DNA from: Ruditapes philippinarum
Taxonomy: Eukaryota
Length of the DNA: 64,000 bases
Assembly (NCBI RefSeq): GCF_026571515.1
Contig: NW_026852972.1
Coordinates: 1 to 64,000, forward strand
Direction: 5' to 3'
This document shows, piece after piece, positions 1 to 11,529 of this stretch (positions are counted from its first letter, which is position 1; each line of letters starts with the position of its first letter). Under the pieces are notes generated by a model. That model was not told the DNA's origin. It made no database searches and saw nothing but the letters and a program-made list of their open reading frames with translations. A program made the position numbers and the translations under genes.

Positions 1-89
1 GTTTAAAATGTTTTACTGTGATTTCAATATTTTGTCTGTAAATCAATAATCTTACATTATTCAATATATTTCCGATAATATTGGTATAA

Positions 90-550
90 TAGTTATATAA
101 CCATTAAAATATTTCAATACGTATTATTTTAATTTTGCATAGCTTCATGTAGTATCTTTTATGGAAATGTCAATGAGTTCAGTGTGTTAACTTTACCTAT
201 GCTTTATATGCTTTTTTATTTTAAGTTACTCGAATTATATGATGCGTGCTTTATTTTGTACTTATGTAATGAGACTTTCATTTTAACTGTCAGTGTACGT
301 ACCTTTATCTGTATACGTACCATTTTTAGCAGATGCAGGGATGCCAAAAATAGATTTCTACACATTTACTATTACAGCCTTTATTTATAGACTGATAATT
401 TTCAGGATTGAAAGGAACATACATTGGATGGTCCTGTGTTGGGAGTCACAAGGTCACTTGTGCTAGCAATAGATATGTGAGATTTTTTTATACAACCTTT
501 GTAAAATAATTACCAATGTCTTATATTTACAATATAAGGAACAAAACTTA
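90..550. repeat. Older, internally deleted copy of part of the tandem unit
   Basis: About 107-330 matches ~1582-1820, and ~335-550 matches ~3378-3590, with more substitutions than between the three young copies. Confidence 0.8.
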
Positions 551-949
551 GGTGGTCCTGTGAGCTTGGAATAAGTTTGTGTACACTTGGCTCAAGTTCA
601 ATGATTTTTATTTATATGTATTTGATAAAGTTTTATGGGTAAGTTGAATATTTTTCAACTTCTTCACAAGTCAAAGCAATGACTTGCCAACTCACATTTT
701 CACAGTAACAAAACGCAATGATTGTCAAGTAATATAATTGTGTTGACAAATATAGTGGCAATTTTTTGGCCATATCTGAGTGAATGTGTAAAGCTTTAAA
801 AAAAGTTACCGACAAGAATCTGAGCCAGGGACATTCGTGTCTAACAAACACGTTCTTGTTTTAATCTAGGAATTTGTTTGATACATTCTGTGCTTTGATT
901 TGTCCTCGAGCTTGATTAGGGGTGTAACATTATTTCCATTTTGTAGTTT

Positions 950-1540
950 TAAAAAGTAAAACTGGCTGTTAAAAGTCTCCCCGTATATCTAGTCAATGAT
1001 GTTATATTTTCGATCCTTGAAGATCGTTCAGCACGACATTATTGTTGTGCTTGTGGTATTTTAAGTTTCAACTTTTCGGCATTTTCTAGTTGGGTGGTTC
1101 CAATATTCCTACTTGAATAATATGTTGCCTGCTTTTTAAATTTGTCTTTTGACGTCTTATCTGTGATACGCAGGCTTCATTTCCTCTGATCCCCTTTCAA
1201 AATTCCATTTTATTTAGTTCCGCATATTGTTTTCTCGTTTAGGGCACACGCTTTTTATTACTTTGGGACCATACGCCGCTTTTCATGGAATGGCACGGAA
1301 GTGTCACATTGAAAGTTCCATGATAACCGCCGTATGAACACATCTGCGGATGTTTCTAAATTCAAAATTTTACTATTACATGTTTAAATGTTGAATTCTG
1401 CTTAAGCCGGTGCTAGGGGGCGTGGACGGTAACTTGCACTTTCCAGTACCGTCCATGAACACGCTCAATCAAACCGAGCCTGCAACATTTTCAATTTTGC
1501 CGTGTTGAGCTTTCTTTAGGGATTCTGTATTTATCTAATT
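950..1540. mobile_element. ~590 bp insert of an unidentified repeat family with structured hairpins (also ~4700-5290 and ~8485-9078)
   Basis: The paralogous empty site at ~3900-3930 (tagttttagttaacttgccag) lacks this segment. Diverged homologues lie at ~19820-20055, ~41640-42025, ~42795-42915 and, inverted, ~43440-43870. Confidence 0.7.
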
Positions 1541-2221
1541 TAGTTCACTTGCCAGTTATTATCTTACTATAATGTAAAAAAAAATATTTCAATACGTATA
1601 ATTTTAATTTTGCTATGCTTCATGTAATATTTTTATGGAAATGTCAATGAGTTCAGTGTGTTAACTTAACCTATGCTTTATATGTTTTTTTTATATTAGG
1701 TTACTCGAATTATATGATGTGTGCTTTCTTTTGTACTTATGTAATGAGGAGTGAAATTTTAAATTTTCATTTTAACTGTCAGTGTACGTACCGTTATCTG
1801 TAAACGTATCATTTGTTAGCAATTTACATTGTTGAATCATTCCGCAATAAGATTTTAATAAGTATCATTGCAATATTAAATTGTTAAAAAAAAACTTTGT
1901 CCATTTTCAAGTAACCAGCCAGTTTTAATAAATTTTGTATGAATTTGTTACTTCTGCTTTAAGATACTTTGAACATCAGTAAAATCGTTTTCGTTTCCAA
2001 ATTGTGAAAACATTTTGTAGTAGGATAACGAATACAATAGTTTTTGTGCTGTCATTCTTTCTATATCGATCTAATAGCTTATATTAGTGCATTTTCTTTT
2101 CATTTTTTTGTATTATACTTATTATTAAATACGCATAGTAATATTTCGTTATTTCATTTTTGTGAAAAAGAAATTAATTGTATGTGGTCAGATTGTTTGC
2201 TTGACATGCAATATTTTAGCC

Positions 2222-3590
2222 TTTATATGCTCCCGGCATATAGTAATTGAATTGTCCGTCCGTCGGTCCATCTGTTCGTTCTTCCTTACGAGGTTGACCT
2301 AAAACGGCAAGTTCTATATGTACCAATGGCTTCATAATTTACACACTTACTAATAAATACAAAGTACATAATCTTGGCAAGTGCCATAACTATGGCTTTA
2401 ATTTTTTCAAGTTATTTCCCATTTCAGCATTTTGTAAATGGATATGGTTAACCTAAGTCGGCAAGTTGGATATAATTTTTGTTCCAACTATAATAATGAC
2501 TTCATATTTCCATACTTACTTATCAATATAAAGTACATGATATTTCCAAATTATATAGCTGTGCCATTCATTCTTCATTTTATTGCCCTTTTTATCGATT
2601 TGAAAATAGAGCCTTGTTCAATTAACCTATTTCGGTAAGTTGAATGAATCTTGAATTTCGTCTATTTTCTTTAATTATTTAATGGTATCTTTCATATTTG
2701 GAAGGTGGTCATTGATATAAAAATAAACGTTTGGTCTCATACAGCCTTTATTTTTAATTTGATGTCTTTTGTGGTTAATACGGGCGTGCCTAGAGAGGTC
2801 CTCTTCCTAGAGAGGTACAGTTAGAGGTCAAGGTCAATGACACCAATGTCAAACATAGGTTTTGACACTTGTACATGTGTAAAGTTACTAGTATTCTTAT
2901 AACTGATGTCTTTTATTTTGTATAGGAAATCTTCTTCCTTCGGATGGAGTTAGGAATCTGTTGGGATAGGTCACCAGTGCCTTAAAAAAGATTTTTACAC
3001 TTTCACCCAATCAGCCTTTAATTATGGACAGACGTCTATATACTTGGCAGGCAGATCATTTGCACGATTTTCTTCATTTTGATTGTGTCAGAGGTTACTG
3101 GGTTGAGGACAAGAGTGCCAATAATAGATTTCTACACATTTGCTTATACAGCTTTTATTTTTATCTGATGCTTTTCATATTTGAATAGATAATTACTTGC
3201 ATGATCTGATTTCTTTAGATTGAGTAAGGTGTAATTTTGATCAAGTTCAGCTGTGCTAAAATAGGATTTTTACATTTTTGCCCATACAGCCTTTATTTAT
3301 GTACACATATCTTTCATATTTGGTAGAAAGATGTCTTTTATGATATTCTGCCTTTGGATTTGGATTTTGGCTCATTATCAGGGATGCCAAAAATAGATTG
3401 CTACACATTTACTTATACATCCTGTATTTATAGACTGATAATTTTCAGTTTTGGAAGGAACATACCTTGGATGGTCCTGTGTTGGGAGTCACAAGGTCAC
3501 TTGTGCTAGCAATAGATTTGTGACACTTTTTATACAACATTTGTGAAAAAATACCAATGTCTTATAATTACAATATAAGGAACATACCTT
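2222..3590 (+). mobile_element. Degenerate HINE-like (Helentron-associated) non-autonomous element, repeated in each tandem copy
   Basis: It starts tttatatgctcccggcatatagt, followed by a (GTCC)n microsatellite and decayed ~130-170 bp core repeats (tacagcctttatt, ggtcaaggtca). This architecture is typical of bivalve HINE/pearl-type elements. The right boundary is approximate. Confidence 0.55.
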
Positions 3591-6500
3591 GAGTGGTCCT
3601 GTAAGCTTGGAATAAGTTTGTGTACACTTGGCTTAAGGTCAATGTCTTTAATAAGACGTCTACAAAAAAGAACAAAACGCCATGACTGTCAAGTAATATA
3701 ATTGTGTTGACAAATATAGTGGCATTTTTTGGCCATATCTGAGTGAATGTGTAAACCTTTAAAAAAATGTTACCGACAAGAATCTGAGCCGGGGGCCAAT
3801 TGTCTTTAACAAACACATTCTTGTTTTAATCTAGGAATTTGATTGATACATTCTGTGCTTTGATTTGTCCTCGAGCTTGATAAGGGGTGTAACATTATTT
3901 CCACTTTTTAGTTTTAGTTAACTTGCCAGTTATTATCTTACTATAATGTTGTCTAATCAAACAGTAGTGTATGTTGTTATTGTATTATTAGCTTATCTGA
4001 GCACAAATTTCTCACAGGTGAGCTTTTGTGATGGCAGTTTGTCCGTCGTTGGTCAGTTGTCGCTTGTCGTTATCCACAGTCCCTTGAAACAACATCTCCT
4101 AAACCAGTCAGTTATTTTTACCAAATTCCACAGCAATTATTCTTACGTGGCTTTCTCAAAAGTTAAATAAATTCTTCAAATCTGATTTTAAGTAGGTCAT
4201 AACCACAATGCCCTGAGTTCAAATATTTATCTTCTAAAAAGGTTATTAAAATCATGTACCTGAGGTTCAAGATTCAACCCGCCCCTGTGGTCACTTAATG
4301 TATTGAGACTTAAGTGGTCCTGTAAGCTTGGAATAAGTTTGTGTACACTTGGCTCAATGTCAATGTCTTTTATTTATATATATTTGATAAAGTTTGATGA
4401 GTAAGTTGAATATTTTTAAACTTCTACACAAGTCAAAGCAATGACTTGCCAATTCACATTTTCACAGTAACAAAACGCAATGATTGTCAAGTAATATAAT
4501 TGTGTTGACAAATATAGTGGCAATTTTTTGGCCATATCTGAGTGAATGTGTAAAGCTTTAAAAAAAGTTACCGCCAGGGACATTCGTGTCTAACAAACAC
4601 GTTCTTGTTTTAATCTAGGAATTTGTTTGATACATTCTGTGCTTTGATTTGTCCTCGAGCTTGATTAGGGGTGTAACATTATTTCCATTTTGTAGTTTTA
4701 AAAAAGTAAAACTGGCTGTTAAAAGTCTCCCCGTATATCTAGTCAATGATGTTATATTTTCGATCCTTGAAGATCGTTCAGCACGACATTATTGTTGTGC
4801 TTGTGGTATTTTAAGTTTCAACTTTTCGGCATTTTCTAGTTGGGTGGTTCCAATATTCCTACTTGAATAATATGTTGCCTGCTTTTTAAATTTGTCTTTT
4901 GACGTCTTATCTGTGATACGCAGGCTTCATTTCCTCTGATCCCCTTTCAAAATTCCATTTTATTTAGTTCCGCATATTGTTTTCTCGTTTAGGGCACACG
5001 CTTTTTATTACTTTGGGACCATACGCCGCTTTTCATGGAATGGCACGGAAGTGTCACATTGAAAGTTCCATGATAACCGCCGTATGAACACATCTGCGGA
5101 TGTTTCTAAATTCAAAATTTTACTATTACATGTTTAAATGTTGAATTCTGCTTAAGCCGGTGCTAGGGGGCGTGGACGGTAACTTGCACTTTCCAGTACC
5201 GTCCATGAACACGCTCAATCAAACCGAGCCTGCAACATTTTTCAATTTTTGCCGTGTTGAGCTTTCTTTAGTGATTCTGTATTTATCTAATTTAGTTCAC
5301 TTGCCAGTTATTATCTTACTATAATGTAAAAAAAAAAAAATATTTCAATACGTATAATTTTAATTTTGCTATGCTTCATGTAATATTTTTTATGGAAATG
5401 TCAATGAGTTCAGTGTGTTTAACTTAACCTATGCTTTATATGTCTTTTTTATATTAAGTTACTCGAATTATATGATGTGTGCTTTCTTTTGTACTTATGT
5501 AATGAGGAGTGAAATTTTAAATTTTCATTTTAACTGTCAGTGTACGTACCGTTATCTGTAAACGTATCATTTGTTAGCAATTTACATTGTTGAATCATTC
5601 CGCAATAAGATTTTAATAAGTATCATTGCAATATTAAATTGTTAAAAAAAAACTTTGTCCATTTTCAAGTAACCAGCCAGTTTTAAATAAATTTTGTATG
5701 AATTTGTTACTTCTGCTTTAAGATACTTTGAACATCAGTAAAATCGTTTTCGTTTTCCAAATTGTGAAAACATTTTGTAGTAGGATAACGAATACAATAG
5801 TTTTTTGTGCTGTCATTCTTTCTATATCGATCTAATAGCTTATATTTAGTGCATTTTCTTTTCATATTTTTGTATTATACTTATTATTAAATACGCATAG
5901 TAAATATAGCGTTATTTTCATTTTTGTGGAAAGAAATTAATTGTATGTGGTCAGTTTGTTTGCTTGACATGCAATATTTTAGCCTTTATATGCTCCCGGC
6001 ATATAGTAATTGAATTGTCCGTCCGTCGGTCTATCTGTTCGTTCTTCCCTACGAGGTTGACCTAAAACGGCAAGTTCTATATGTACCAATGGCTTCATAA
6101 TTTACACACTTACTAATAAATACAAAGTACATAATCTTGGCAAGTGTCATAACTATGGCTTTAATTTTTTTCAAGTTATTTCCCATTTCAGCATTTTTGT
6201 AAATGGATATGGTTAACCTAAGTCGGCAAGTTGGATATAATTTTTGTTCCAACTATAATAATGACTTCATATTTCCATACTTACTTATCAATATAAAGTA
6301 CATGATTTTTCCAAATTATATAGCTGTGCCATTCATTCTTCATTTTATTGCCCTTTTTATCGATTTGAAAATAGAGCCTTGTTCAATTAACCTATTTCGG
6401 TAAGTTGAATGAATCTTGAATTTTCGTCTATTTTCTTTAATTATTTAATGGTATCTTTCATATTTGGAAGGTGGTCATTGATATAAAAATAAACGTTTGG

Positions 6501-9500
6501 TCTCATACAGCCTTTATTTTTAATTTGATGTCTTTTGTGGTTAATACGGGCGTGCCTAGAGAGGTCCTCTTCCTAGAGAGGTACAGTTAGAGGTTCAAGG
6601 TCAATGACACCAATGTCAAACATAGGTTTTGACACTTGTACATGTGTTAAAGTTACTAGTATTCTTATAACTGATGTCTTTTATTTTGTATAGGAAATCT
6701 TCTTCCTTCGGATGGAGTTAGGAATCTGTTGGGATAGGTCACCAGTGCCTTAAAAAAGATTTTTACACTTTCACCCAATCAGCCTTTAATTATGGACAGA
6801 CGTCTATATACTTGGCAGGCAGATCATTTGCACGATTTTCTTCATTTTGATTGTGTCAGAGGTTACTGGGTCGAGGACAAGAGTGCCAATAATAGATTTC
6901 TACACATTTGCTTATACAGCTTTTATTTTTACCTGATGCTTTTCATATTTAAATAGATAATTACTTGCATGATCTGATTTCTTTAGATTGAGTAAGGTGT
7001 AATTTTGATCAAGTTCAGCTGTGCTAAAATAGGATTTTTACATTTTTGCCCATACAGCCTTTATTTATGGACACATATCTTTCATATTTGGTAGGAAGAT
7101 GTCTTTTATGATATTCTGCATTTTGATTTTGGATTTTGGCTCATTATCAGGGATGCCAAAAATAGATTTCTACACATTTACTAATACAGCCTTTATTTAT
7201 AGACTGATAATTTTCAGTTTTGGAAGGAACATACATTGGATGGTCCTGTGTTGGGAGTGACAAGGTCACTTGTGCTAGCAATAGATTTGTGAAACTTTTT
7301 ATACAACATTTGTGAAAAAATACCAATGTCTTATAATTACAATATAAGGAACATACCTTGAGTGGTCCTGTAAGCTTGGAATAAGTTTGTGTACACTTGG
7401 CTTAAGGTCAATGTCTTTAATAAGACGTCTACAAAAAAGAACAAAACGCCATGACTGTCAAGTAAATATAATTGTGTTGACAAAATATAGTGGCATTTTT
7501 TGGCCATATCTGAGTGAATGTGTAAACCTTAAAAAAAAATGTTACCGACAAGAATCTGAGCCGGGGGCCAATTGTCTTTAACAAACACATTCTTGTTTTA
7601 ATCTAGGAATTTGATTGATACATTCTGTGCTTTGATTTGTCCTCGAGCTTGATAAGGGGTGTAACATTATTTCCACTTTTTAGTTTTAGTTAACTTGCCA
7701 GTTATTATCTTACTATAATGTTGTCTAATCAAACAGTAGTGTATGTTGTTATTGTATTATTAGCTTATCTGAGCACAAATTTCTCACAGGTGAGCTTTTG
7801 TGATGGCAGTTTGTCCGTCGTTGGTCAGTTGTTCCTTGTCGTTATCCACAGTGCCTTGAAACAACATCTCCTAAACCAGTCAGTTATTTTTAGCAAATTC
7901 CACAGCAATTATTCTTACGTGGCTTTCTCAATAGTTCAATAAATTCTTCAAATCTGATTTTAAGTAGGTCATAACCACAATGCCCTGAGTTCAAATATTT
8001 ATCTTCTAAAAAGGTTATTAAAATCATGTACCTGAGGTTCAAGATTCAACCCGCCCCTGTGGTCACTTAATGTATTGAGACTTAAGTGGTCCTGTAAGCT
8101 TGGAATAAGTTTGTGTACACTTGGCTCAAGGTCAATGTGTTTTATTTATATTTATTTGATAAAGTTTTATGAGTAAGTTGAATATTTTTAAACTTCTACA
8201 CAAGTCAAAGCAATGACTTGCCAATTCACATTTTCACAGTAACAAAACGCAATGATTGTCAAGTAATATAATTGTGTTGACAAATATAGTGGCAATTTTT
8301 TGGCCATATCTGAGTGAATGTGTAAAGCTTTAAAACAAGTTACCGACAAGAATCTGAGCCAGGGACATTCGTGTCTAACAAACACGTTCTTGTTTTAATC
8401 TAGGAATTTGTTTGATACATTCTGTGCTTTGATTTGTCCTCGAGCTTGATTAGGGGTGTAACATTATTTCCATTTTGTAGTTTTTAAAAAGTAAAACTGG
8501 CTGTTAAAAGTCTCCCCGTATATCTAGTCAATGATGTTTTATATTTTCGATCCTTGAAGATCGTTCAGCACGACATTATTGTTGTGCTTGTGGTATTTTA
8601 AGTTTCAACTTTTCGGCATTTTCTAGTTGGGTGGTTTCCAATATTCCTACTTGAATAATATGTTGCCTGCTTTTTAAATTTGTCTTTTGACGTCTTATCT
8701 GTGATACGCAGGCTTCATTTCCTCTGATCCCCTTTTCAAAATTCCATTTTATTTAGTTCCGCATATTGTTTTCTCGTTTAGGGCACACGCTTTTTATTAC
8801 TTTGGGACCATACGCCGCTTTTCATGAATGGCACGGAAGTGTCACATTGAAAGTTCCATGATAAACCGCCGTATGAACACATCTGCGGATGTTTCTAAAT
8901 TCAAAATTTTACTATTACATGTTTAAATGTTGAATTCTGCTTAAGCCGGTGCTAGGGGGCGTGGACGGTAACTTGCACTTTCCAGTACCGTCCATGAACA
9001 CGCTCAATCAAACCGAGCCTGCAACATTTTCAATTTTGCCGTGTTGAGCTTTCTTTAGGGATTCGGTATTTATCTAATTTAGTTCACTTGCCAGTTATTA
9101 TCTTACTATAATGTAAAAAAAAATATTTCAATACGTATAATTTTAATTTTGCTATGCTTCATGTAATATTTTTATGGAAATGTCAATGAGTTCAGTGTGT
9201 TAACTTAACCTATGCTTTATATGTCTTTTTTATATTAAGTTACTCGAATTATATGATGTGTGTTTTCTTTTGTACTTATGTAATGAGGAGTGAAATTTTA
9301 AATTTTCATTTTAACTGTCAGTGTACGTACCGTTATCTGTAAACGTATCATTTGTTAGCAATTTACATTGTTGAATCATTCCGCAATAAGATTTTAATAA
9401 GTATCATTGCAATATTAAATTGTTAAAAAAAAACTTTGTCCATTTGCAAGTAACCAGCCAGTTTTAATAAATTTTGTATGAATTTGTTACTTCTGCTTTA

Positions 9501-11529
9501 AGATACTTTGAACATCAGTAAAATCGTTTTCGTTTCCAAATTGTGAAAACATTTTGTAGTAGGATAACGAATACAATAGTTTTTGTGCTGTCATTCTTTC
9601 TATATCGATCTAATAGCTTATATTAGTGCATTTTCTTTTCATATTTTTGTATTATACTTATTATTAAATACGCATAGTAATATAGCGTTATTTCATTTTT
9701 GTGGAAAGAAATTAATTGTATGTGGTCAGTTTGTTTGCTTGACATGCAATATTTTAGCCTTTATATGCTCCCGGCATATAGTAATTGAATTGTCCGTCCG
9801 TCGGTCTATCTGTTCGTTCTTCCCTACGAGGTTGACCTAAAACGGCAAGTTCTATATGTATCAATGGCTTCATAATTTACACACTTACTAATAAATACAA
9901 AGTACATAATCTTGGCAAGTGTCATAACTATGGCTTTAATTTTTTCAAGTTATTTCCCATTTCAGCATTTTGTAAATGGATATGGTTAACCTAAGTCGGC
10001 AAGTTGGATATAATTTTTGTTCCAACTATAATAATGACTTCATATTTCCATACTTACTTATCAATATAAAGTACATGATATTTCCAAATTATATAGCTGT
10101 GCCATTCATTCTTCATTTTATTGCCCTTTTTATCGATTTGAAAATAGAGCCTTGTTCAATTAACCTATTTCGGTAAGTTGAATGAAATCTTGAATTTCGT
10201 CTATTTTCTTTAATTATTTAATGGTATCTTTCATATTTGGAAGGTGGTCATTGATAAAAAATAAACGTTTGGTCTCATACAGCCTTTATTTTTAATTTGA
10301 TGTCTTTTTGGTTAATACGGGCGTGCCTAGAGAGGTCCTCTTCCTAGAGAGGTACAGTTAGAGGTCAAGGTCAATGACACCAATGTCAAACATAGGTTTT
10401 GACACTTGTACATGTGTAAAGTTACTAGTATTCTTATAACTGATGTCTTTTATTTTGTATAGGGAAATCTTCTTCCTTCGGATGGAGTTAGGAATCTGTT
10501 GGGATAGGTCACCAGTGCCTTAAAAAAAGATTTTTACACTTTCACCCAATCAGCCTTTAATTATGGACAGACGTCTATATACTTGGCAGGCAGATCATTT
10601 GCACGATTTTCTTCATTTTGATTGTGTCAGAGGTTACTGGGTTGAGGACAAGAGTGCCAATAATAGATTTCTACACATTTGCTTATACAGCTTTTATTTT
10701 TATCTGATGCTTTTTCATATTTGAATAGATAATTACTTGCATGATCTGATTTCTTTAGATGAGTAAGGTGTAATTTTGATCAAGTTTCAGCTGTGCTAAA
10801 ATAGGATTTTTACATTTTTGCCCATACAGCCTTTATTTATGGACACATATCTTTCATATTTTGGTAAGAAGATGTCTTTTATGATATTCTGCATTTTGAT
10901 TTTGGATTTTGGCTCATTATCAGGGATGCCAAAAATAGATTTCTACACATTTACTAATACAGCCTTTATTTATAGACTGATAATTTTCAAGTTTTGGAAG
11001 GAACATACGTTGGATGGTCCAGTGTTGGGAGTCACAAGGTCACTTGTGCTAGCAATAGATTTGTGAAACTTTTTTATACAACATTTGTGAAAAAATACCA
11101 ATGTCTTATAATTACAATATAAGGCACATACCTTGAGTGGTCCTGTAAGCTTGGAATAAGTTTGTGTACACTTGGCTTAAGGTCAATGTCTTTAATAAGA
11201 CGTCTACAAAAAAGAACAAAACGCCATGACTGTCAAGTAATATAATTGTGTTGACAAATATAGTGGCATTTTTTGGCCATATCTGAGTGAATGTGTAAAC
11301 CTTTAAAAAAATGTTACCGACAAGAATCTGAGCCGGGGCAATTGTCTTTTAACAAACACATTCTTGTTTTTAATCTAGGAATTTGAATGATACATTCTGT
11401 GCTTTGATTTTTCCTCGAGCTTGATAAGGGGTGTAACATTATTTTCCACTTTTTAGTTTTAGTTAACTTGCCAGTTATTATCTTACTATAATGTTGTCTA
11501 ATCAAACAGTAGTGTATGTTGTTATTGTA

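Noticed and set aside
1432-1446. TTGCAC loop resembling U1 snRNA stem-loop II
   Set aside because: No U1 5' end, Sm site or other U1 stems in register.
1413-1457. Hairpin followed by CTAG on the minus strand as a Helitron 3' end
   Set aside because: Homology between copies continues past CTAG, and the next base is C rather than T.
2438-2638. Identical 66 aa ORF found three times, suggesting a gene cluster
   Set aside because: The identity is explained by the recent triplication. The sequence is HINE core repeat with no coding signature.
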